From the NCBI GenBank assembly GCA_963809065.1, contig CAWEIN010000024.1, positions 20,734-84,733 on the forward strand: 64,000 bases of DNA, given 5' to 3'. A program made the translations under genes and the position numbers. The stretch comes from Blastocatellia bacterium. GTDB taxonomy: Bacteria; Acidobacteriota; Blastocatellia; Pyrinomonadales; Pyrinomonadaceae. Shown in pieces: positions 53,061 through 61,956 of the stretch. A model generated the notes under the pieces. The model worked only from the letters and a program-made list of their open reading frames with translations, was not told the origin of the DNA and searched no databases. The first letter of the stretch is position 1, and the number at the start of each line of letters is the position of its first letter.

Positions 53061-53197
53061 ACAAAATCAGAACTGGGAGCGACAGCGACCAGCCGATCAC
53101 TCAATTGACAACACTCCGGCTTGGGGCCGCCTCTTTCGTGCACATTTCATAACTTGACACTCTAACTGGTCGCTATCGCTCCCAGTTCTAATTTTGT
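53061..53197. repeat. REPIN copy 4 (downstream flank of RAYT)
   Basis: Arms at 53061-53094 and 53166-53197. Part of the 268-bp direct repeat 52938-53205. Confidence 0.9.
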
Positions 53198-53642
53198 GTG
53201 GCGAGAGTTAATGCCTAACCCCAGGTTGCATTTGTTATGTTTGTCAAGCGAACCCCTCTCGTTTAGCCAAACCACTACGAGCAAGGAATTTTGCAAAAAG
53301 ACCGGAAACTCCAACGCCTCAACTATTAAAGACCTCTGCGCTGAGAACGACCTTGAAGGTGTTCCTCGAAAAAAAGGCAGAATTCTGCCACTCTATTAGG
53401 CACGCAACACCGATGTAAGAATCTTGCAAGAAACCTACAATCCGGCCTCCCTGAATTGAACGGTTCCACTTGATCGCTTTACCCTGAATTGGAAGTCGGT
53501 CCGTTTAAGTCGTTTATCCTTAACGTCAGCACACCCTAAAAGGAGAACACAGTCCGCCCGCTGGAAGAACTGCCGTAAGGCCTGCCCCCAGGTCTCAGCG
53601 AACAAAAAGTTCACCCTTCGCGCGTAAACGTGTATCAAGTTT

Positions 53643-54770
53643 ATGCCCCTAGCCGCCGCTCCCACGACGCTCGGTTACTCGCCAACCGAACATCCAACTA
53701 CAGATCGTAAGCCCTGGTCTAACAGAGATGCTTCGACCGCTGAAGCAAGAGAGTCGAAACTCATCGGGCAATCACCGGTGATGCAAAAGCTCTTTTCTGT
53801 CATTGGCAGAGTAGCGCCAAACGATAGCTCTGTACTTATTACCGGCGCCACCGGAACCGGCAAGGAACTCGTGGCCCGCGCTATCCACGACCAAAGCCCT
53901 CGCCGCGAGGGTAAGTTTGTCGACGTGAATTGCTCGGCAATTCCCGAAACGCTAATCGAAGCAGAACTATTTGGCCACCAGCGCGGTTCGTTTACCGGCG
54001 CGCTTGCCAACAACTGCGGTCTCTTCGAGAAAGCTTCCGGCGGAACTCTGTTCCTCGATGAAATTGACGCCCTAAACCTATCTGCTCAGGCAAAACTTCT
54101 GCGCGTGCTGCAGGAGCGCACGGTGAGAAGGATTGGCGCCCGCACTAACATCGCCATCGATGTGCGCGTTATTTCGGCGACGAACTGCGACCTCGCTCAG
54201 GAAGTTCAAGCCGGCCGTTTCCGTCCGGATCTTTACTACCGCCTGCGCGTGCTTCCGCTCCATCTCCCCGAACTCTGCACCCGCGGAAACGATGTCGAAC
54301 TATTGATCGAACACTTCCTGCGACTCAAGGCCGAGCGCGAAGGTCTTCCTCCCCGTCGGTTTTCGAGCGAAGCAATGCGCGCCCTGGTTGAATACCCCTG
54401 GCCGGGTAATGTTCGAGAACTCGAGAATGCGGTGGCTTATGCAATGGCGATTGGTGCTGAGGAGCAACTCGGGTTGGAAGATTTGCCAATAGAGATCACC
54501 AACAATCGCATTCAGCCGAATACGTCAGATTTCAGAGACGTTCTTGAGGCCTATATGAATGAGACTGTTCCGCTGGCAGAGATTGAGAAGCGCTATATCC
54601 TTTCAGTCTTGCAGCAATTCGGCGGCAATCAGGTGCGCGCCGCAGCTGCGCTGGGAATCGATCGCAGCAAACTCTATCGTCGTCTCAAACAGTATGGTGT
54701 GATGGCGGTGAAGTTTTTGCAGGAAGAACAAAACGGTATGCAACTGCGAACCTGGTCTGACAAGGCCTAG
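53643..54770 (+). CDS. Sigma-54-dependent transcriptional activator (AAA+ plus Fis-type HTH) with no N-terminal sensory/receiver domain
   Basis: Walker [24 protein letters not shown] (GAFTGA-type loop), [10 protein letters not shown]-terminal [24 protein letters not shown]. Only ~40 aa precede the AAA+ core. Confidence 0.9.
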   Translation: MPLAAAPTTLGYSPTEHPTTDRKPWSNRDASTAEARESKLIGQSPVMQKLFSVIGRVAPNDSSVLITGATGTGKELVARAIHDQSPRREGKFVDVNCSAIPETLIEAELFGHQRGSFTGALANNCGLFEKASGGTLFLDEIDALNLSAQAKLLRVLQERTVRRIGARTNIAIDVRVISATNCDLAQEVQAGRFRPDLYYRLRVLPLHLPELCTRGNDVELLIEHFLRLKAEREGLPPRRFSSEAMRALVEYPWPGNVRELENAVAYAMAIGAEEQLGLEDLPIEITNNRIQPNTSDFRDVLEAYMNETVPLAEIEKRYILSVLQQFGGNQVRAAAALGIDRSKLYRRLKQYGVMAVKFLQEEQNGMQLRTWSDKA

Positions 54771-54881
54771 CAGGACGCTCTCGTGGCCCCGACCATAGCG
54801 GCGAATCGACTTCGGTCGGTTCGCCGCTACCGCTTTTTGCTCGCTGATACTTAACGAGCTGAGCATCCTTAACCGAGCTAA

Positions 54882-55220
54882 ATGGTCAAGCTCCTACAAA
54901 AATGCTTGCTCATTGCACTGACGGTTACTGCCGCAGCCGTTTGGAGTTGGTGGATGTATTTGGATGGCTACTATTACCAGCATGCCCCCACGACGCCGGT
55001 AATTGCTGAAGGCAGAATCCACCCCCGGATCGTCCACCATGGCTGGCAGGTTTTTCTCACCGACAAAGAAAAGTTCAACCTCGACGTGTTATATCCGTCG
55101 CTCCCGCTTGTCTGCATTCTCATTGCCGGACTACTCGATAAACACTGGAAACATTTCTATTTTGCAAGGAACTCACGCCGTGCCGATCTAATCTCTCCGA
55201 TAACGAAGAAAAAGAATTAG
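54882..55220 (+). CDS. Small hypothetical membrane protein
   Basis: 112-aa ORF with two hydrophobic helices. No family recognised. Confidence 0.4.
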   Translation: MVKLLQKCLLIALTVTAAAVWSWWMYLDGYYYQHAPTTPVIAEGRIHPRIVHHGWQVFLTDKEKFNLDVLYPSLPLVCILIAGLLDKHWKHFYFARNSRRADLISPITKKKN

Positions 55221-55231
55221 CGGCGAACGCA

Positions 55232-55413
55232 GCTTTGCACAAAAAGTCTACTCACGGCCGTGGAATTGAGTTATCTGCTAATACAAAATCAGAACTGGGA
55301 GCGATAGCGACCAGCCGGACAGTCAACTTATGAAAATGCGCCCCAACAGGGCTCCAATCTCAGTAAAGTTGACTTGTTCGGCTGGTCGCTATCGCTCCCA
55401 GTTCTGATTTTGT
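55232..55413. mobile_element. MITE left arm (gctttgcacaaaaagtctactcacgg...) plus REPIN copy 5; right MITE arm missing
   Basis: REP arms at 55283-55316 and 55380-55413. The left flank is homologous to 58623-58674 and 62291-62351. Confidence 0.8.
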
Positions 55414-55455
55414 GTAGGGCTCTCCCCTTTTCCCTTGTCAATTACCTGTTTAGCT

Positions 55456-56385
55456 CTAATGCTTGCTAATGGGCGTTGCGCGGTAGCTATTATTGAAAGG
55501 CGCCAGCTCAGTTCCCTTTGCCGCTTCTGCAGCTTTGAGTTGTTCGGTCGAGTGGTAGATCGTCTTCTTCGACTTCGGCAGCAAACCAGCAACCTCCATG
55601 TCGCCGTTAACGACTGCGATGGATTTCCGGCTCTCATCGAGCACCGCCTCATCGCCTTTCTTCAACGCCCAAATCAATGCCACCGGTGAGGAGTACGGGA
55701 GAATCGCAGCACCGGTAGCAATGGCCGCAGCCACCACTGCCTTACTACGATTCTTTCCCAGCAGGCGGTCAGAAAGTTTGATCGGCACGATGGTGCCGTC
55801 AACTGCAACCACGTCTTCCACTACCCAACCCAGCAAACCACCACGGCCCCATGATTCAGCCGGCTTGCTCTTCACCACATGCGCCCGCACCAGTGACCCT
55901 CGTTCAATCACAACTACGCCGTTAACCAGCACACGCCGCGACACCAGGAATTTGATTTTGTCGCCCTCGCTGGCATCGGCGGATGAAACTGGCACAGCCG
56001 CTTCAATCTGCAACACTGTTCCGGCGGGGATTCGAATACGGGTGGTCGGCGGTGCCGGCTCGGCCACAGGAACAGTCATCGGTGTGGCGGAAGGAGGTCC
56101 ATAGGGCACCATGACCATCGCCATGACCACGGTGTCCGGCAGACCCTTCGTTTTCAACTCCCGCAACACCTGAGGAAAGGTATCGAAGTTACAGGGTGAG
56201 GTTACGATCCTGCTGATGATATCGCCCGGCTTCATGCCGGCGCGGTGCATTCGCAGAACATCCCCATTGTGTAGAACTTTAGTGGGTGGTTGAGGCGCTG
56301 CAGCTTGCGCGAAGGCGAGCGAACAATTTGCGAGGAGGAAGACAGCAACGAGCAGGATATGTTTGCACTTCATGTGAGCCCTCAT
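55456..56385 (-). CDS. Secreted hypothetical protein
   Basis: Signal peptide KHILLVAVFLLANCSLAFAQ. The N-terminal module NGDVLRMHRAGMKPGDIISRIV...LRELKTKGLPDTVVMAMV resembles a short helical repeat that I recall as common in Acidobacteria proteins (recollection, unverified). Confidence 0.5.
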   Translation of the reverse strand: MRAHMKCKHILLVAVFLLANCSLAFAQAAAPQPPTKVLHNGDVLRMHRAGMKPGDIISRIVTSPCNFDTFPQVLRELKTKGLPDTVVMAMVMVPYGPPSATPMTVPVAEPAPPTTRIRIPAGTVLQIEAAVPVSSADASEGDKIKFLVSRRVLVNGVVVIERGSLVRAHVVKSKPAESWGRGGLLGWVVEDVVAVDGTIVPIKLSDRLLGKNRSKAVVAAAIATGAAILPYSSPVALIWALKKGDEAVLDESRKSIAVVNGDMEVAGLLPKSKKTIYHSTEQLKAAEAAKGTELAPFNNSYRATPISKH

Positions 56386-56594
56386 AAGTTCGGAGCAGAG
56401 AACACAGTTGTCTACCAGTCATGGAGCAACCAATATGCCGGGAGAACAAGCCCGCACTTTCCCCCGCAAAATGGGCTTTCTCGCAGCAGCTGCGGTTGCG
56501 GTCTGTGGGCGATGGAGCGACAACTGCTCGCTGGCGAGCAGCGTTGAGGTTACAAACCAATAAACTCAACTGAACCTGGAACCACTCAAGCGAC

Positions 56595-56708
56595 TTGCTG
56601 GGACCGCGGGCGTCCCGCCCGCAAACGCGCCGTCAGGCGCGCAGTTCTTGGGCGGCGATCTTTTCGCGCTTCGCGCTCATTGCGGGCGGGACGCCCGCGG
56701 TCCCAGCA
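56595..56708. repeat. GC-rich palindromic element, copy 2, embedded in a ~200-bp repeat unit (56581-56780)
   Basis: ttgctgggaccgcgggcgtcccgcccgc ... gcgggcgggacgcccgcggtcccagca. The flanks match 58156-58355. Confidence 0.85.
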
Positions 56709-56791
56709 CATCACTGGACCGTTCCGAATTTGTGCGGCGTATGTAGACGAGCAATACTTCGCTCGTGCCAAACTGAACTAAGAGTCATAAT

Positions 56792-57064
56792 CTCCACATA
56801 CACCTGCAAAGACTCCACATACACCTGCAAAGACTCCACATACACCTGCAAACACTCCACATGCACCTGCAAAGACTCCATGAGCACGTGCAAAGACTCC
56901 ATATGCACGTGCAAAGACTCCACCTACACGTGCAAAGTCCCCATATATACGTGCAAACACTCCATCTTCATGTGCAAAACAGCCACATTCAGCTGCAAAG
57001 ACGCCATATAAACGTGCAGAACTCCCATATACACCGCGCAAGAATCTGCCCTCAAGCCCAAATT
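56792..57064. repeat. 21-bp tandem array, ~12-13 units, degenerating 5' to 3'
   Basis: Units 1-2 are identical (ctccacatacacctgcaaaga). Later units keep the CC.A......C.TGCAAAGA core and drift progressively. Confidence 0.92.
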
Positions 57065-57313
57065 GCGCAAAATGCTGAATTAAACTGCAATTTCCCCTAT
57101 CCGGCAGCCTAAACCAATGCTAATATGCGCGGCGACAGCTGCTTCTTTTCAAACGAACCCGGCTGTCGCGGTCAACCGTTAGACACTGATTGATGGCCAG
57201 TCCTCATCGCCTCAGGCTGACCTCAATCAGTTCGAGAACTCACTCACTTCCTCGCTCCTCTTTTCCGACCGGGAAGTGAAAACCTTTCACCGCAGCTTTC
57301 CTCAGGAGGATTC

Positions 57314-58051
57314 ATGAACGACAACGAAAGTAGAAAACATCAGATGTTTGTCCGCGCCCAGCAATTCCTTGCCAACCGTGCGGCGGACTTTGGACCCGGC
57401 AGTCTGGTCAAAGACTTGATTGCAGATCTCGGAGGAGTCATAACTGAGTTGGACGGCTACGCTGCTGCTCAAGCGTCCGGCGGCAGCAGCGCCCGGCAAG
57501 GGACCGTCACACGTGCAGAGGCAAGAGCCGCCCTGCGTGAAGACCTGGAGGCAATCAACCGCACTGCGCGAACGATGGATGACGAGCCGGGACTAATCGA
57601 AAAGTTTCGTCTGCCTCGACCATTCAATGATCAGCAGCTGATTAGTGCGGCGCGGCATTTTGCGATCGACGCAGCGCCACTAAAAAACTCATTCATTGCG
57701 CACGAGTTGGCCGGCAATTTTCTCGAGGACATGGCAGCGGACATAGCGGCGCTGGAAGAGGCGATAGGCAATCAGTCTGGCGGCATTGGGAATCGCGTGG
57801 CTGCGAGCGCAGCCATCGACGAAGCTATAGAACGCGGCACGGTAATAACGCGCAAGTTGGGTGCGATTATGAAGAATAAATATGGAAACGATCGCGCCAC
57901 TATTGCGGAATGGACCAGCGCCAGCCACACGGAACGCCCGCCGCGTCGCCGGCGGGAACCGGGCGCCGGCGCTCCTGCACCCACAACTGGCGGAGCACCA
58001 CCGCCGCCACCTAGCGGCGGAACTGAGCCACCGCCACCCGCTGCGGGCTAA
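57314..58051 (+). CDS. Hypothetical alpha-helical protein with a Pro/Gly-rich C-terminus
   Basis: 245-aa ORF with GGAGG immediately upstream of the ATG. No family recognised. Confidence 0.5.
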   Translation: MNDNESRKHQMFVRAQQFLANRAADFGPGSLVKDLIADLGGVITELDGYAAAQASGGSSARQGTVTRAEARAALREDLEAINRTARTMDDEPGLIEKFRLPRPFNDQQLISAARHFAIDAAPLKNSFIAHELAGNFLEDMAADIAALEEAIGNQSGGIGNRVAASAAIDEAIERGTVITRKLGAIMKNKYGNDRATIAEWTSASHTERPPRRRREPGAGAPAPTTGGAPPPPPSGGTEPPPPAAG

Positions 58052-58059
58052 TCGGTATT

Positions 58060-58150
58060 TCATGACAGCGGACTGACAGAAGGTTGCCGGGGGTGGGTTC
58101 CAATTGATCGGAACGCCACCCCCGGTTACTTCCTAATAAAAATCTTTCGC
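58060..58150. repeat. ~90-bp hairpin-containing repeat (ccgggggtgg...ccacccccgg), copy 1
   Basis: Homologous to 62045-62135. Both copies sit just 3' of a plus-strand gene. Confidence 0.75.
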
Positions 58151-58169
58151 CAACGACCACTCAAGCGCC

Positions 58170-58283
58170 TTGCTGGGAACGGGGCGTCCCGCCCGCAATG
58201 AGCGCGAAGCGCGAAAACATCGCCAGCCAAAAGACTGCGCGCCTGACGGCGCGTTTGCGGGCGGGACGCCCGCGCTCCCAGCA
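58170..58283. repeat. GC-rich palindromic element, copy 3
   Basis: Same arms as 56595-56708, with the same conserved flanks accactcaagcg.cttgctggg and cccagcacatcact.gaccgttcc. Confidence 0.85.
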
Positions 58284-58621
58284 CATCACTTGACCGTTCC
58301 GTGTTTGCGCGATTTACGTTGATGAGGAAATACTTAGCTCATACCGAACTGATACGGAAGTACCTTTTTAGGGCGTTACCGTTTAAGAGGGCGGTGACGC
58401 CCTTTTGCCTCATAAGGGCCATGCCTAAGCGGAGATTTGCCCTCTCCAGATCCACTTAGGATTAGAAAACGGCTGAGCAAAAATTCGACGATTGCATGAA
58501 TTTTATTTGCAACCAAAACAGTCTAACTGGTATCTGAGCAACCGCACAGCTCTTCCCAACCCGAGTACTGGGTCAGTTTGATGTCCGATAAGCTTTAGCT
58601 TGTCGTGGTGCTACGACAAAC

Positions 58622-58865
58622 GGCTTTGCACAAAAAGTCTAATCCACGGCTGTGGAATTGGGCTCTCTCGTAACACAAAATCAGAACTGGGAGCGATAGC
58701 GACCAGCCCAACACTCCACTTTCCAGAAGTTGGAGCGCCTGTTTGGCCGCATTTTCATGAGTTGACTCTTCGGCTGGTCGCTATCGCTCCCAGTTCTGAT
58801 TTTGTGTAGACGTGGTTTCTGAAGTAAAACTGCTGGACACTTTTTGTGCAAAGCTACGACAAACT
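58622..58865. mobile_element. 244-bp MITE (terminal inverted repeat gctttgcacaaaaagt) carrying REPIN copy 6 (58675-58805), flanked by a 10-bp direct duplication
   Basis: tacgacaaac occurs at 58612-58621 and again at 58866-58875. An uninterrupted inverted copy of the target element lies at 59743-59842. Confidence 0.85.
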
Positions 58866-59042
58866 GAAGTTTGTCGGACATTTTCGTTGAAACTGACCCA
58901 CTACCCCATCCCGGCTCTCTCCCTGGAATCCCGAACTTATTAGTGATTTCTTCCTTAAGAAATCTATCAACTACGTCTGTACGCCTAGTTGGGAGACCAG
59001 AGGAGTCCCCACACTAAGGCCATCGCCGAACGAGGGGAACCC

Positions 59043-59225
59043 ATGTCCACTAAGGAATTAGAAAAAATTAAGGAATTAGAACAAATTGAAGATCGCGCTC
59101 GGCGTGGACTGCCTATTGATTCCGAAGTGATACTAACCTTGACCGCCTACCTTCGTGACGTCTTACAGGAAAAAGTAAACGCTGAAGCTGTTGCGCATGA
59201 GGCGCTAAAAAAAGGCGGGCATTAA
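59043..59225 (+). CDS. Small helical hypothetical protein (60 aa)
   Basis: MSTKELEKIKELEQIEDRARRGLPIDSEVILTLTAYLRDVLQEK... with a GAGGGGA RBS. A frameshifted paralog lies at 61172-61370. Confidence 0.5.
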   Translation: MSTKELEKIKELEQIEDRARRGLPIDSEVILTLTAYLRDVLQEKVNAEAVAHEALKKGGH

Positions 59226-59742
59226 CTCCCGGTGTACACCGCTGAAATAACATGCTCCTGTACTCTCAAGTCAGCTGCTCCCGAAGACTAAGTATGCCGA
59301 AGGTCGTGGACCGTTAGATTATCGATCTTCGCTTTCCTGAAAGGCCTCACGAAACCCTTCTTAATGTCATTGATGAGCGAGTCCCTTCATACATAGCCCA
59401 ACCGTTGCATCTCCAGTCACCTCTTTCGAGAACCCGCCCCTTTGACAACCTGGAGTGATGGCTACCGACAATCTTTATGTACGAGTTCCTGGCTTGGCTT
59501 GCTTCGGCGCATTGACTAGAAAAGCAAAACATTCCACAGTTTTGTTATCCAATCTAATTTTTCAAGGCAGGGGTGCATAGGCTGGTGATCGATTGAAAGC
59601 CACCGAGCGCTTGGTTTCCGTTCACAGAATCGAAAGTTTAGTTTCCTGTTACCCAATAGAACTTCAAAACCTGCCCAAAGACGTGCACTTCCAGGTACGT
59701 TTCCTTGGCGTCTTGATTGCAATATATCCACCGTGTGTTGCT

Positions 59743-59842
59743 GAGTAGTGGGTCAGTTTTAACGAAAATGTCCGACAAACTTCAGTTTGTCCTAGCACCA
59801 CGACAAGCTAAAGCTTATCGGACATCAAACTGACCCAGTACT
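59743..59842. repeat. ~100-bp self-complementary element (gggtcagttt...tgtccgacaaacttcagtttgtc...), intact copy
   Basis: It is the reverse complement of 58563-58621 joined to 58866-58908. Confidence 0.85.
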
Positions 59843-59850
59843 TATTCCTG

Positions 59851-60421
59851 ATGGATGTTGGGGCCGATTCAATGACGAAAGAACAGACACCCGAAAATAA
59901 AACTCATCCGCCTAATGAACCACATTTTGACGATGAGTTAACTATTTTAAAGGCCCGCCCGGTTGTGCCCTTAAAGAAGTTTGAGGAGAAGGGGGAGGTG
60001 GTTTTTATTTGGGATGTTCGCGCTGGCCATGTTTCTAGGTGCTGCTTCAGGCCTCATCTCGGGGTATTTCAAACTGCGCGAAGTTTCAGAGGAACCAGTC
60101 ATCCAATTAGGTGTTCCAACTGTAAGGGCGCCTCAAGAGCCCCTTCCTTCTACGGTATCTGAAGAGCTCGATACTAAGAACGGCTTTGGGAACCCTTTAC
60201 CGCACCTCTCTTCCGTTGAGGAACAGCAACTCAAACTCTTCACCCCAAAACACCCGGTTATCAGGCCGAGACGAGTATCAATAAATACAAAACACTCAGT
60301 CCCATTACCATCACTCTCTGAAGATGAAGAGTTGCGAAGAATTAGAGAGGCCTTGTTGACCGACGATTTGGAGAGGCGGCGAGTGCGGACCACGGAGAGA
60401 CGCGAACAGCGCAGATTTTGA
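59851..60421 (+). pseudogene. Hypothetical single-pass membrane protein, frameshift in a G-run near 59985-60000
   Basis: The N-terminal part (MDVGADSMTKEQTPENK...KKFEEKG) is in one frame. The TM segment and remainder (WFLFGMFALAMFLGAASGLISGYF...) are in the next frame. Confidence 0.45.
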
Positions 60422-60436
60422 GCGGGATGATCCGTC

Positions 60437-60694
60437 ATGATCAGAAAATTAACGTCAGGAAGATATGCTCTGTATTCGCGCAAATTGGATTCTAAGACGG
60501 GGAGGTCCAAGCGCCTGGGCACATTCGACAGCCGCCAAGCCGCAGAAGATCACGAACGCGCCATTGAAATACTTAAGACACAACGGATGATTGCGCGAGA
60601 AGGCATCTATAGCTCGGTTCACAGAGTAATCCGATGTATTCGGCAGGGTGAGGACAGTGACTATGGGAAGCTGAATGCTTCCGCCCAACCTTGA
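60437..60694 (+). CDS. Small basic hypothetical protein (SGRYALYSRKLDSKTG...LGTFDSRQAAEDHERAI motif)
   Basis: 85-aa ORF starting 13 nt after the previous stop. The N-terminal 45 aa resemble a widespread uncharacterised small-protein family (recollection only). Confidence 0.45.
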   Translation: MIRKLTSGRYALYSRKLDSKTGRSKRLGTFDSRQAAEDHERAIEILKTQRMIAREGIYSSVHRVIRCIRQGEDSDYGKLNASAQP

Positions 60695-60744
60695 GAGGCC
60701 AACAATATACTTGACTCATCAATTGAACACCCAACGATGGTCGG

Positions 60745-60858
60745 ACAAAATCAGAACTGGGAGCGATAGCGACCAGCCAAAGAATCACTTCAGCTTAGGC
60801 GGCATTTCCTGGTCACTTGCCCTCCTGGCTGGTCGCTGCGCTCCCAGTTCTGATTTTG
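60745..60858. repeat. REPIN copy 7 (short loop, degenerate right arm), inside a second inverted repeat (caatatacttgactcatcaa at 60703 and 60917)
   Basis: Arms at 60745-60778 and 60827-60858. Confidence 0.85.
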
Positions 60859-61171
60859 CGGTGGCCAAGTTGAATCTTCATCTGGTCAGTCTTGCAAACT
60901 GAACCGAGATTTCACGTTGATGAGTCAAGTATATTGCTGCCCTTGAGAGGCCAGTCCAAAGCTGGCCTTTCGGTTTTTGTGCCGTCTGAACGAAAATTAG
61001 AATCCTTTTTCCTGGTATGTCCTAATTTGAGCTGCGTCATGTGGCCTAGAGCGCCGTTTGTCCCGCTAAGGTTCCTTTGACCTTCATGTACGGTAGCGTG
61101 CAGACTGCTCGTCATATAATTTTGGCTTCCCCTTTGATCCCGTAATTCTGTCATTAAACGAGCGGTTCTCT

Positions 61172-61370
61172 ATGACTATTCAGGAACTCGAACAAATCGA
61201 ATATCGCGCGCAAACGGGGGCAGCCTGTTGACCCCGAACTCATACTGAGGTTGAGTGCCTACATTCGCGATAGCTTACAAGCAAAGGCAATCGCTGAGGC
61301 TATTGCTATTGAGGCCACAAGGCAGGCAGGTATGCAATCCCGGTATTACACCGTGGGAGTGTCCCGTTAG
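61172..61370 (+). pseudogene. Paralog of the 59043-59225 small protein, frameshifted in a G-run at ~61214-61220
   Basis: MTIQELEQIEYRAQ, then after a +1 shift GQPVDPELILRLSAYIRDSLQAKAIAEAIAIEA. This aligns with ELEQIEDRARRGLPIDSEVILTLTAYLRDVLQEKVNAEAVAHEA. Confidence 0.55.
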
Positions 61371-61584
61371 GTATTCTGTTAGCTGGCTTCCCGATTTCCG
61401 GGTTTTCTTTTTGTACGCTAGCGTATAGACCTGACGATCTAAAATTATTGCTATTCAGGGTAGAACAAATGCGGGGCGGCTGGTGACTTTGTTTCATCGC
61501 TTCGCGCCACTCGCCCCGCGACGAATTTGACCCTACCACTTACCTCCGAAATGAGTTGGCCTCCCGACTCCGAAAGGGCTAAAA

Positions 61585-61956
61585 ATGAAGTCCCCTAAGG
61601 CCCGTATCCTCTGCACAGAAGATGACGCAGACACACGCGAACTACTCATTCTCACGTTGCGGTTTGCTGGTTACGAGATAAAGTGCACCGATAGTGCTGA
61701 TGAAGCAATTGACCTTCTCACGAAGGAAAGGTTTGGCCTATGCCTTCTCGACAGTTGGTTGCCGGGAACCTCCGGCGAAGAGATATGCAAGAAGATCCGC
61801 GAGTTTGACGCCAAGATACCTATACTTTTCTATTCTGGCGCAGGCTTGCCTGCTGACAAGGAACGCGCCTTCAAAGCTGGAGCGCAAGGGTATCTCGTGA
61901 AGCCTGTTTTCGCGGAAGAGTTAATCAGTGAAGTCTCCCAACTGCTCAATACCTGA
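61585..61956 (+). CDS. Single-domain CheY-like response regulator receiver
   Basis: RILCTEDDADTRELL, CLLDSWLPGTSGEE, ILFYSGAG, KAGAQGYLVKP. Confidence 0.85.
   Translation: MKSPKARILCTEDDADTRELLILTLRFAGYEIKCTDSADEAIDLLTKERFGLCLLDSWLPGTSGEEICKKIREFDAKIPILFYSGAGLPADKERAFKAGAQGYLVKPVFAEELISEVSQLLNT

Noticed and set aside
56792-57064. The 21-bp array as a CRISPR array, or as a coding heptad-repeat protein (ORFs 56595..57011, 56778..57041, 56861..57112)
   Set aside because: The units are contiguous with no spacers, so this is not a CRISPR array. All three frames on both strands are open simply because 21 is a multiple of 3. The ORFs start inside the neighbouring GC-rich repeat. The one-directional decay of unit identity is a DNA-level pattern, not selection on a peptide.
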